A DNA stretch of 36,391 nt, from positions 62,001-98,391 of the forward strand of contig CAZBBK010000013.1 in assembly GCA_964490075.1 (NCBI GenBank), given 5' to 3'. Under the pieces are notes generated by a model that saw nothing but the letters and a program-made list of their open reading frames with translations, was not told the DNA's origin and did not search any database. Of this stretch, positions 26,731-35,118 are shown one piece after another; the stretch's first letter is position 1; each line of letters starts with the position of its first letter. The translations under genes were made by a program, and so were the position numbers. The DNA is from an uncultured Gemmatimonadota bacterium (GTDB taxonomy: Bacteria > GCA-2686955).

Positions 26731-28173
26731 CTAGCCCGCCCGCTCCGCCAGCAGAGCGTCGCCGATCGCCCTGTCGATCCGGGTCATGCGGTAGATCGCC
26801 GCGCGCATCTGTTCGGCGGGACGATCGCCCTGCGCGGCTTGTTCCACGAACTCCGGATTGTAGAAGTCCCAGACGATGGCGCCGCCCAGATCGACCTCGA
26901 ATCCGCGCCCGCGGTTGGTCTCGGTGATCAGCACGTTGCCGTTGGGCAGCTTCTGGCTGCCGCCGCGGGTCATGGTCAGGAACGACTCGGGCGGATCGGC
27001 CTGGTAGCTCCAGACGATCTCCCCTGTGCTCGGATCGACCTCGATCACGCGCGAGTAGTGACGGCGGGTGCCGTTGTCGAAGATCAGCAGATTGCCGTTC
27101 GGCAGCATGGTGGGATGATGCGGTCCCTCGAGCTCGCCCGGTCCCCAATGCCAGACCACCGCCCCGCTCTCGGCGCTCAGCACCGCGACCACGTCGATCT
27201 TGCGGAAGCAGACGATCAGGTCTTTCTCTTGCCAGAGCCCGGCGGGATGAGCGTCCAGGCAGCCGACCGTGTTGCCGTGCAGGGGATCGGCGGGACTGCC
27301 GACCAGCATCGCGATCTTGATCTCCTCGGGCTCGTCGGAGCGGTCGGCGAACATCTTTTTGTAGGTGCCGACATAGGACCTGATCTGCCGGCGGCTCGCC
27401 CCTTCGCTCTTCAGCCGGCTCTCGATATCTCTGGCGTGGAAGGGCCAGGTGTACTGCTCGATCTGGGCGTCGATCGCCGAGCGCAGCTCCGGAAGCGCGC
27501 GCAAGGCATGGACCAGTGAGATTCGCTCCTGCACCGCGCCGGCCGGAGAAATTCGCAGCACCTCGTTGTCGAGCAAGGGAACCTCGCCACCTTGGTAGCG
27601 CACTCGGGTCATGCGGTTGACGAGGGCATAGATCTCTCCGTCGCCGCCGACGGTCACGTCGTGGTGGGCGGCGATGTCGAGCTTCCACAGCGTTTCGGAC
27701 TGCCAGCTCAGCTTCAGCAGCATGTGGTTGGCGCCGACCACCAGCAGCTCACCCGAGGGGTACATGACGACGTGGTTCCAGCCGCCGTACATCTCCGGCG
27801 CGAGCTCCCCCAGGCGCTCGTCGACCGCGGCTTTGGCTGCTCCCGACTCCTCCGACGACCACGAGTGCAGCACTTCTCCGCCCATGTCCAGCAGGTGGGC
27901 CTCGGTTCGCGGGCGCGAGTTGTAGAGCGTGTAGCCGTCTTGGTAGCGCTGCGGGTCGGAGTCGACCACGCCGGACCGGGCTCGTCGCGACGATTCGACC
28001 GGAACCCAGTTCACGTAGCCCAGGCTTTTTAGCCGCGCCAGATCCGCCTCGCTGACTTCCTCCTCGCGGGCCCCATCCTCTTCGGGTTGGGCGCACCCGA
28101 TCGGCGCCGCGCCGAGGGCCAGCAAGAGCACCAGAGTGGGGATGGACGCAGTCTCGAATCGTGGGATCACCAT
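26731..28173 (-). CDS. Arylsulfotransferase (ASST)-family beta-propeller protein, possible lipoprotein
   Basis: AHHD, LHGN, PHHPTMLPNGNLLIFDNG, SRVIEVDP and GSQKLPNGNVLITE. Hydrophobic N-terminus ending PIGC. Start at ATG 28173. Confidence 0.88.
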   Translation of the reverse strand: MVIPRFETASIPTLVLLLALGAAPIGCAQPEEDGAREEEVSEADLARLKSLGYVNWVPVESSRRARSGVVDSDPQRYQDGYTLYNSRPRTEAHLLDMGGEVLHSWSSEESGAAKAAVDERLGELAPEMYGGWNHVVMYPSGELLVVGANHMLLKLSWQSETLWKLDIAAHHDVTVGGDGEIYALVNRMTRVRYQGGEVPLLDNEVLRISPAGAVQERISLVHALRALPELRSAIDAQIEQYTWPFHARDIESRLKSEGASRRQIRSYVGTYKKMFADRSDEPEEIKIAMLVGSPADPLHGNTVGCLDAHPAGLWQEKDLIVCFRKIDVVAVLSAESGAVVWHWGPGELEGPHHPTMLPNGNLLIFDNGTRRHYSRVIEVDPSTGEIVWSYQADPPESFLTMTRGGSQKLPNGNVLITETNRGRGFEVDLGGAIVWDFYNPEFVEQAAQGDRPAEQMRAAIYRMTRIDRAIGDALLAERAG

Positions 28174-28212
28174 GGAGGCGGATACTATACGAGACCGCGG
28201 AGGACGAAGACG

Positions 28213-28974
28213 ATGACGACCGGAAACCCGCCAGCCCGCGAGATCGAAGCCGCCTCGTTGCGCGCCTGGCCGGCCCTCGATTCGAGCGCGCTCGGCGGCT
28301 GGACGCTGCGCTTCTCGCGCGGGCTTTCCCGGCGAGCGAACTCGGTCCAGACCGGCGCCGGCTCGGGACCCGGCGTGGAGCTCGACGATGCCTTGCGACG
28401 TTGCGAGCAGCGCTACCGTGCGCGCGCGCTGCGGCCGGTCTTCAAGATCGTGCCGTGGACCGTGCCGGCGGATTGCGACGCGCGGCTCGCGGCGCGCGGC
28501 TACCACAGCGAGGGCGAGGTGAGCGTGCAGGCCCGGGCACTGAGCGATCTGGCGGGCGGCGCAGAGGCGGACGATCTGCGCATCGACGCCGCTGTCGCCC
28601 CCGCGTGGATCGCCACCATGACCCGCCTCTACCCGCGCCTGCAAGGCTGGCAGGAGAGCTTCACCGCGATCGTCGAACGCATCGCTCCGCCGCGCGCCCT
28701 GGCTACGATCCACGAAAAGGGGATCGCGGTGGCGGGCGGCATGGCGGTCGCGGACGGCGAGCTGCTGGGACTCTTCGATCTGGCCACCGACGCGCGCCTG
28801 CGGCGGCGCGGACTGGGGCGGCGCCTGGTGCGCGGCCTGGCCGCCTGGGGGGCGGCGCGGGGGGCGCGCCAAGTCTATCTGCAGGTCGAGACAGACAACG
28901 TTCCGGCTCTCAATCTCTATGCGAAGCTGGGGTTCGAGGAGGTCTATCGCTACTGGTATCGGGCACGGGCGTAG
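28213..28974 (+). CDS. GNAT-family N-acetyltransferase
   Basis: AWPA..GWTLR..G.SRRANSV N-terminal domain, RRRGLGRRLV and YLQVETDNVPALNLYAKLGF. Confidence 0.92.
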   Translation: MTTGNPPAREIEAASLRAWPALDSSALGGWTLRFSRGLSRRANSVQTGAGSGPGVELDDALRRCEQRYRARALRPVFKIVPWTVPADCDARLAARGYHSEGEVSVQARALSDLAGGAEADDLRIDAAVAPAWIATMTRLYPRLQGWQESFTAIVERIAPPRALATIHEKGIAVAGGMAVADGELLGLFDLATDARLRRRGLGRRLVRGLAAWGAARGARQVYLQVETDNVPALNLYAKLGFEEVYRYWYRARA

Positions 28975-28978
28975 TGGA

Positions 28979-30619
28979 TCACGGGCTCTTCAGAAACCCG
29001 CCGACCCGCGCCAGCACCCTCTTCTTCTCGAAGTAGGTGATATGTCTCGAGCTGATCAGGGGGGCGTCGCCGAAGCCAGGCGCGGCGTGGCCGGGCGCGA
29101 CGATTCCCTGCTCCCTCGAGCCCACCACCCAGTCGTGCTTGCCGCCCAGGATCGCCTTGAGCATCAGATCGATCCCCTTGGTGCCCAGCTGCCGGTACCA
29201 CTTCTTGTGGCCTTTCCAGTCCCCCACCACCGGTAGGAACACCGTTTTTTGGCGATCGGCCGGGATCGCCTGGCGCATGACGGCATTCAACTCCGGGCTC
29301 CCCGGCACCATCGGCTGGAGGCCTTCGAGCCCCAGCACGAACTTCGCCGAGTGCTGTCCCAGCGCGATCGCCACCCTGCCCATCGACGAGAACTTGCCGA
29401 TCCTGGAGAGGATCGTGAGCAGCCACGAGACACGGTTCAACAGAGCGAAGTAGCCGACCCCGTTCGCACAGGCATTGAGCGCCGCGCGATCGACTTCGAT
29501 GCCGTCGCCGTACAGCGCCAGATGTTTGCCCAACAATCCTCCTCGGCTATGGGTGATCAGGTCGACTGGATGCTCGAGGCGGTCTCCGACCAGGTCTCTC
29601 AGGCGTTGCCCGTTGCGCGGCAATCCATCGAAAACTGTATCGTGATCGAACGCGGCGAGCTGCTGGTATCGGGCACTCGGACCCAGCAGATCATTCAACC
29701 AGGAGCGCCCGTGCTTCGAGTGGATCAACGGGGCGAACGAGCCCTTGGTCGAAGAGAAAGTGCCGTGCAGCAACAGCAAGGTCTTCTTGTCGCGCTTCAT
29801 CTCGCCGGGTTCGGCGACGCGAAAACGCTCACACTGTCGGTCCCAGAGCTGCAGGGCGTACTTGTCTCTACCGAGCGCCTGCAGCGCCCGTTTCAACACT
29901 TCGTGAGAGGTGGAGTTCTTGCGCTTGAACACCAACACCTTGATCACCAAAGTCTGCTCCATGCCCCCTTTGGCATCGACCGGTCGCAACGCAAAATCGT
30001 CGCCATCGTTGCCAGATTCCCGCACCTTGAATCCCCCTTTGGGCCAGATGGGAATGCGGTAGGTCAGGCGGTCGCGACCGCTGCAGCTGAAATCGTCGCC
30101 GGTCGGATGCGGCTGCACGATTTGCGGATGCGTCGAAGCGTGTCGGCCACGTTCCAGGTAGACCAGGGCGCCTTCGTCGCTCTGGACGAAGACCGTCAGG
30201 CGCAACGAGAGCTGAGTTTCGAGCGAGAACTCCCGCGGATACGCGCCCAGGCGCACACCGCTGAGGCTGACGAATCGCTCCACGATTCGACCGGCGTCGG
30301 TGGCCGCGAGGCCTTGACCCCGCATGGTGTTCACTTCGCCGACGAGATGGAGCGTCTCGTCACCGCTCTCCTCGGGCACCGAGCTCCACTCTCCGCGGCG
30401 CGAGCAGCGCAGCCGTCCGACCATCGGCGTTCCGGAGCTCGGTTGCCAGGGCCCCAGGGTGCCCCACACGTCCTCTCGGGGGGTCGTCGCGCGGCGAAAC
30501 ACACGGTCGAGCGCGTCCTGATGCAGGCGCTGCGCGGTGATTGGGCCGAGAGCCAGGAATCGCTCTCCGGTCGGAGTCGCGAGCCAGTTGCGGTCGTCGC
30601 CGAGATCGATGCTTCTCAT
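28979..30619 (-). CDS. Alpha/beta-hydrolase-fold protein with an uncharacterised N-terminal domain
   Basis: LLLLHGTFSST oxyanion segment, THSRGG nucleophile elbow, DWVV and a C-terminal HITYF. RBS GAGGAG before the ATG. Confidence 0.75.
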   Translation of the reverse strand: MRSIDLGDDRNWLATPTGERFLALGPITAQRLHQDALDRVFRRATTPREDVWGTLGPWQPSSGTPMVGRLRCSRRGEWSSVPEESGDETLHLVGEVNTMRGQGLAATDAGRIVERFVSLSGVRLGAYPREFSLETQLSLRLTVFVQSDEGALVYLERGRHASTHPQIVQPHPTGDDFSCSGRDRLTYRIPIWPKGGFKVRESGNDGDDFALRPVDAKGGMEQTLVIKVLVFKRKNSTSHEVLKRALQALGRDKYALQLWDRQCERFRVAEPGEMKRDKKTLLLLHGTFSSTKGSFAPLIHSKHGRSWLNDLLGPSARYQQLAAFDHDTVFDGLPRNGQRLRDLVGDRLEHPVDLITHSRGGLLGKHLALYGDGIEVDRAALNACANGVGYFALLNRVSWLLTILSRIGKFSSMGRVAIALGQHSAKFVLGLEGLQPMVPGSPELNAVMRQAIPADRQKTVFLPVVGDWKGHKKWYRQLGTKGIDLMLKAILGGKHDWVVGSREQGIVAPGHAAPGFGDAPLISSRHITYFEKKRVLARVGGFLKSP

Positions 30620-30664
30620 CGCTGCTCCTCTGTTGGAAACCTCGCCCCAGGCTAGCCGACCAAT

Positions 30665-31657
30665 CTACTCGCGACCCCCCCCCAGCAAACGCTCCCGATC
30701 TACCGGCCACACCTCCACCACCGGCCCCTCCGCTCCGCTCCAGAGCGCCGCCCGTCCCATGCCTTCGGTGTCGAAGGGCCAGGCCAGATTGCCAGCGGCA
30801 TCGACCGCGATCAAACCGGCCTTGCCGGGGCCGAAGCGCTCGCTGAGGCGCCGCAGCGCGCCAGCCGCCGCCTTCCGCAGCGGCTCTCCGGCGGCCACGC
30901 GTTCGCGCAGCGCATGGCAGAGCGCGGCGCGCATGATGAACTCCCCGGTTCCGGTGGCGGTGCAGGCCACGAGCCCGTCCTCGGCCCAGAACCCGGCCCC
31001 CGGAATCGGCGAATCCCCCACGCGGCCCGGCTGCTTCAACCACAGTCCGCCGGTGCTGGTGGCCACCGCCAGCCGGCCCGCGCGGTCGCGTGCCACGGCA
31101 CCCACCGTATCGCCCGTCTCGTGGGTGCCGCCGAGGCGGGTCAACGAGTCGGCTCCCGGCGGCTGGGCATCGCCGCCCTCCGCCGCCAGGCGCCGGCGGT
31201 ACTGCTTCAGGCGTTCCGGCGAAGGGGGGGCGGGAGCCAGCTCCAGCCCCAGCTCGCGCGCGAAGGCCAGCGCGCCGGAGCCCGAGAGCATGCAGTGCGG
31301 CGAATGGCGGCGCACCGCCTCCGCCAGCTCCACCGCGTTGCCGACTCCGGGGACCGCGCCCACCGCTCCGATGCTCAGGTCGCTCCCGAGCATCACCGCC
31401 GCGTCGGCCTCGATCTCGCCTCGGCGGTCGAGGCAGCTCCCGGGGCCGGCGTTGAACACCGCGCTGTCTTCCATCGATCGCACCGCGGCGATGACCGCGG
31501 CCAGCGCCTCGCCGCCGCCGGCCAGGGGTGCGGCCCCGGCGCGCAGCGCCGCCGCCAGCGCCCGCCGGTAGCTCCGCTCGCGCGCGGAGCTCATCAGCTG
31601 CATGGCGCCCGCGCCGCCGTGGATCACGATCGTCCAGGTGGTTTCGGTCGATTGCAC
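30665..31657 (-). CDS. iaaA: Isoaspartyl peptidase/L-asparaginase (Ntn hydrolase)
   Basis: IVIHGGAG, FNAGPGS, cleavage site GDTVGAVA, TSTGG, GRVGDSP and ATGTGE. Confidence 0.93.
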   Translation of the reverse strand: MQSTETTWTIVIHGGAGAMQLMSSARERSYRRALAAALRAGAAPLAGGGEALAAVIAAVRSMEDSAVFNAGPGSCLDRRGEIEADAAVMLGSDLSIGAVGAVPGVGNAVELAEAVRRHSPHCMLSGSGALAFARELGLELAPAPPSPERLKQYRRRLAAEGGDAQPPGADSLTRLGGTHETGDTVGAVARDRAGRLAVATSTGGLWLKQPGRVGDSPIPGAGFWAEDGLVACTATGTGEFIMRAALCHALRERVAAGEPLRKAAAGALRRLSERFGPGKAGLIAVDAAGNLAWPFDTEGMGRAALWSGAEGPVVEVWPVDRERLLGGGRE

Positions 31658-31840
31658 GGGTCCAAGTCTCTCATCCCCGCATCGGCCCGGTCGCTGATTA
31701 TGGGACGCCGCTTTTGACAGGTCGCCTCCGAGGTCCGTCTATTTCGGACGAGACATTCCCGGACGCGAGATGCTGCTCGCCCCAGGGACTCTGGATCTTT
31801 GTTCGACATGCGACCCACCGGTCGCGGAAAGGGCCATCGA

Positions 31841-32023
31841 ATGGAGTGCAACGTCGGAAAGACGGATCGAATGATCCGCATCGTGGCGGGCGCCGCCATC
31901 GTCGCTTTGGGGGTCTACTTCCAGTCGTGGTGGGGCGCGATCGGCCTGATTCCGATCGTCACCGCCACGCTCGGCTGGTGCCCGGCCTACGTGCCCTTCG
32001 GCATCAGCAGCCACAAGGGCTGA
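31841..32023 (+). CDS. DUF2892 (YgaP-like) small membrane protein
   Basis: MECNVGKTDRMIRIVAG...GLIPIVTATLGWCPAYVPFGIS. Confidence 0.9.
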   Translation: MECNVGKTDRMIRIVAGAAIVALGVYFQSWWGAIGLIPIVTATLGWCPAYVPFGISSHKG

Positions 32024-32244
32024 GGATCCAGCTCCGAACTCGACCCGTCGGAGCAAGTGTCGGGCGCAGTGGGTGATCGGCGCGCGGGTCCTGCCTTCCG
32101 GGACGATCTGGACTTCGGGATGCGCCGGAACGACGAAGATTGGAGAGGGGAATGAGCCCGGAAGGGTCGAATTGAGGGGAGAGGAGCGGTCGCACAACGA
32201 CTATCCTGAGACCCACCTCAACCTTCGAACCGGGAGCCAGGGCC

Positions 32245-32640
32245 ATGAACTGGACCCCACTCATCCAGCAGCTGCGCGACGCGCTGCCGACGCTGTTGGC
32301 GATCTACGGCTTCGGCAGCCGCGTCGGCTCCGATGCCGGACCGGAGAGCGATCTGGACATGGCGGTTCTGGTGGAGGGCAAGGTCGATCCGATCGTGCTC
32401 TGGGAGCTCGCCGAAGGACTGGCGGAGCGCGTTGCGTGCACGGTGGATCTGCTGGACCTGAGGGCTGCCACGACCGTCATGCAGTACCAGGTCATCACCA
32501 CCGGCGAACGGCTCTGGACCCGGGACCACCGGGCGGCGCTCTACGAGAGCTTCATCCTGAGCGAGAAGACCGCCCTGGACGAGGTCCGCGCGCCGCTCCT
32601 CTCCCGCATCCAACGAGAGGGAACCATCCATGATCGATGA
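32245..32640 (+). CDS. mntA: MNT minimal nucleotidyltransferase antitoxin
   Basis: YGFGSRV...ESDLDMAV (GS-x10-DxD) and VDLLDL. Overlaps the HEPN gene. Confidence 0.9.
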   Translation: MNWTPLIQQLRDALPTLLAIYGFGSRVGSDAGPESDLDMAVLVEGKVDPIVLWELAEGLAERVACTVDLLDLRAATTVMQYQVITTGERLWTRDHRAALYESFILSEKTALDEVRAPLLSRIQREGTIHDR

Positions 32641-33061
32641 CGTGCTCATCAACAAGGCGGCGATCATCGAGCGCTGTGTGGCCCGCGCCAAGGAGGAGTA
32701 CGACAAGGATCGAAGCACCTTCGCCACCGACTTCACGCGCCAGGATGCCGCCGTTCTGAACATCCAGCGGGCCTGCGAGGCTGCCCTGGACATGGGACAG
32801 CATCTCATCCGTCGCCAGCGCCTCGGTGTTCCCCAGGGGGCGAGGGAGGTCTTCGATCTGCTGGCGCGGGGCGGCTGGATCACTCCGGACTCCGCCGCGA
32901 AGCTCAAGCCCATGGTGGGGTTCCGCAACATCGCCGTGCACGACTACCAGTCCCTGCAGCTGCCCATCACGGTCGCCATCATCACCAAGCACCTGGACGA
33001 TCTATTGGGCTACGCGCAGGTAATCTTGAAGCGTGATGGTCGCGAGTCGGGCGAGGACTGA
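32630..33061 (+). CDS. hepT: HEPN (DUF86) RNase toxin
   Basis: LNIQRACEAALD and the Rx4HxY motif GFRNIAVHDY. Confidence 0.92.
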   Translation: MIDDVLINKAAIIERCVARAKEEYDKDRSTFATDFTRQDAAVLNIQRACEAALDMGQHLIRRQRLGVPQGAREVFDLLARGGWITPDSAAKLKPMVGFRNIAVHDYQSLQLPITVAIITKHLDDLLGYAQVILKRDGRESGED

Positions 33062-33304
33062 AGGGGAGCGCGCCAAGGCGTTGCTGTCTACGAGAGTCGC
33101 CACCTCGGCGCCCTGGCGCGCACCTTTATCGCCCTTGCTGGTCGCCTCGCGGGCGGATCCGCGCCGCCATCGGCGCGTCCAAGTCGCTTTGAGGGCGGAC
33201 TATACGCCTTTTTCGATGGCTGGCCGCCGGTTCCGGCACGGGAGCTGCGAACCGATGATCGTCCCCCGTGTGTCGCATTGGTTGGGTTCCTTCAGGAGAG
33301 TCCT

Positions 33305-34828
33305 TTGAGATCGATCGTACCCGCACTCGCCACTCTGAGTCTGGTCGCCTCGGCGTCGGCCAAGGTCATCCACGTTCCCGACGCCTGCTCCACGTTGGCG
33401 GATGCCGTCAAAGCGGCGGTCGATGGTGACGAGATCGTGCTCGCGCCGATGAAGCACCTGGCCGCGGCGGTCGAAATCGGCAAGGAGATCACGATCCGCA
33501 GCTTCGATCCGACCGACCGGGAGATCGTCGCGCAGACCATCGTGATGCCGCCGAGCGACATCGCCAAGTACGATGTCTACGCATTCAGGTTCGAAGAGGT
33601 CGGGTCCGGGGCTCTTCTGGACGGGCTGACGATCGCCCATTACGGGTCGAAGGAAAAGCCCTCCTGGGCCTATTCCGCCGTTTCCATATTCAGAGCCTCC
33701 CCACGCATCCGGAACTGCGTGATTTCGGACAACTACCTCGTCACGGCCATCGGAGGTCTGGAGATCATTTTGGGCGAACCGGTCATCGAGAACTGCCAGA
33801 TCAGATACAACCACGGTCCCGAAGCCGGGGGCGTGTACATCGGCCCCTTCAGCCGGCCGCGCTTTCTCAACACTCAGATCGACAACAACGACGGTAGCGG
33901 CGTCTACATTCGGGGCCGAGATTCACGGCCGGTCTTCACCGATTGCGCGATCACCCACAATCAAGACCTCGGCGGCGCCGGGGGAGGAGTGTTCGTGTAC
34001 TCGGAGTCGAGCGCGAGCTTCGTGGACTGTTTCATCTACGGCAATCGAGCTGAGTATGGCGGTGGAATCGCCTGCGGGCCAAGGATGTTCGACTACCCCG
34101 GCGGCAGCGTCGAGCTGACCAACTGCCGGGTGACCTTCAACTACGCCGATTCCTACGGCGCCGGCGCGCACGTCTTCCGCGGCGGCTCGCTGAGCGCGGT
34201 GCACACGGAATTCGCATTCAATCGCACGGAGAAAGAAGGCGGCGCTCTCTGCGCGGATCCCGCCAGCCACACCGATCTCACCGCCTGTCTCTTCGACGGC
34301 AACGAGGCCAGCGTCGGTGGCGCTCTGAGCGCGAGAGGCAGCGCGCCGGTCATCGACAACTGTGTCTTCAACGCCAATCAAGCCGTCGCCGAGGGAGGTG
34401 CCATCTACTCGAATGCCGGCGACGTTGGCGTCACCAACTGCACCTTCGTCGCCAACACCGCGTTCAGCGGTGGCGCCCTGAGCAACACGGCGGGCGGCTC
34501 GACGCGGATCCTCAACTCCATCCTTCATCGCAACACTTCGATTCCGATCCTCTCGGCTCCCGACAAGATCACCGTCGCTTTCTCCAACGTAGACGGAGGA
34601 TGGCCCGGAGAGGGCAACACCAGCAACAATCCTCGGCTCTTCACCTTCGACAAGAGCACGCCCCATTTCCTGCACAAGTCGTCGCTCTGCATCGACGCCG
34701 GCGATCCGGCGATCGACGACACCGCGGACTGGGACAGCGTCGCTCCCTGGTACGGAGGGGCCAACGGCCCGACCAGCGACATGGGCGCCTACGGCGGAGC
34801 GTATGGAGACTGGTGGTTCGGCTGGTAG
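33305..34828 (+). CDS. Secreted right-handed parallel beta-helix repeat protein (paralog of 6611-7981)
   Basis: Signal peptide, KVIHVP..STLADAVKAA.DGD, N.A..GG repeats and SLCIDAGDP...DMGAYGG. TTG 33305 follows AGGAG; the frame is open from 33278. Confidence 0.85.
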   Translation: MRSIVPALATLSLVASASAKVIHVPDACSTLADAVKAAVDGDEIVLAPMKHLAAAVEIGKEITIRSFDPTDREIVAQTIVMPPSDIAKYDVYAFRFEEVGSGALLDGLTIAHYGSKEKPSWAYSAVSIFRASPRIRNCVISDNYLVTAIGGLEIILGEPVIENCQIRYNHGPEAGGVYIGPFSRPRFLNTQIDNNDGSGVYIRGRDSRPVFTDCAITHNQDLGGAGGGVFVYSESSASFVDCFIYGNRAEYGGGIACGPRMFDYPGGSVELTNCRVTFNYADSYGAGAHVFRGGSLSAVHTEFAFNRTEKEGGALCADPASHTDLTACLFDGNEASVGGALSARGSAPVIDNCVFNANQAVAEGGAIYSNAGDVGVTNCTFVANTAFSGGALSNTAGGSTRILNSILHRNTSIPILSAPDKITVAFSNVDGGWPGEGNTSNNPRLFTFDKSTPHFLHKSSLCIDAGDPAIDDTADWDSVAPWYGGANGPTSDMGAYGGAYGDWWFGW

Positions 34829-34857
34829 GGGCCGCCCCCGCGGTCGTCTCCCGCCGC

Positions 34858-35070
34858 TGAGCGGAGTCAGGAGGCGATCTAGACCGCTCAGCGGACAACT
34901 CGTGCTGCTGAGCGACGTCAGCGGGCGATTCTGACCGCTTTCCGGCCAACATCGCCCCCTGAGCGGTTCACGCGGCGATTCTGACCGCCGAAGAGCGATA
35001 TCGCGCTAGTGAGCGACGTCAGCGGGCGATTGTGGCCGCTTCTCGGCCAACATCGCCCGCTGAGCGGGGT
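34858..35070. repeat. Degenerate ~51-bp tandem repeat with internal palindromes, between convergent genes
   Basis: TGAGCG recurs at 34858, 34909, 34960, 35010 and 35061. Units share GGCGAT and CCGC cores, and units 2 and 4 are near-identical. Confidence 0.8.
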
Positions 35071-35118
35071 CAAGGTCAAGGCGCGATTCCGCCGCCCGGC
35101 GGCCAGAACCCCCCCGCT

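Noticed and set aside
32021-32023. TGA at the end of DUF2892 as a possible Sec codon
   Set aside because: The domain is complete at normal length, its conserved WCP cysteine is an ordinary codon, and the stop is not at an obvious Cys position.
32024-33300. Mobile element around the mntA-hepT pair
   Set aside because: I could find no integrase, transposase, tRNA target or flanking direct or inverted repeats.
34858-35070. CRISPR array
   Set aside because: There is no constant repeat with unique spacers. Whole units are degenerate copies of each other, and no cas genes are in the window.
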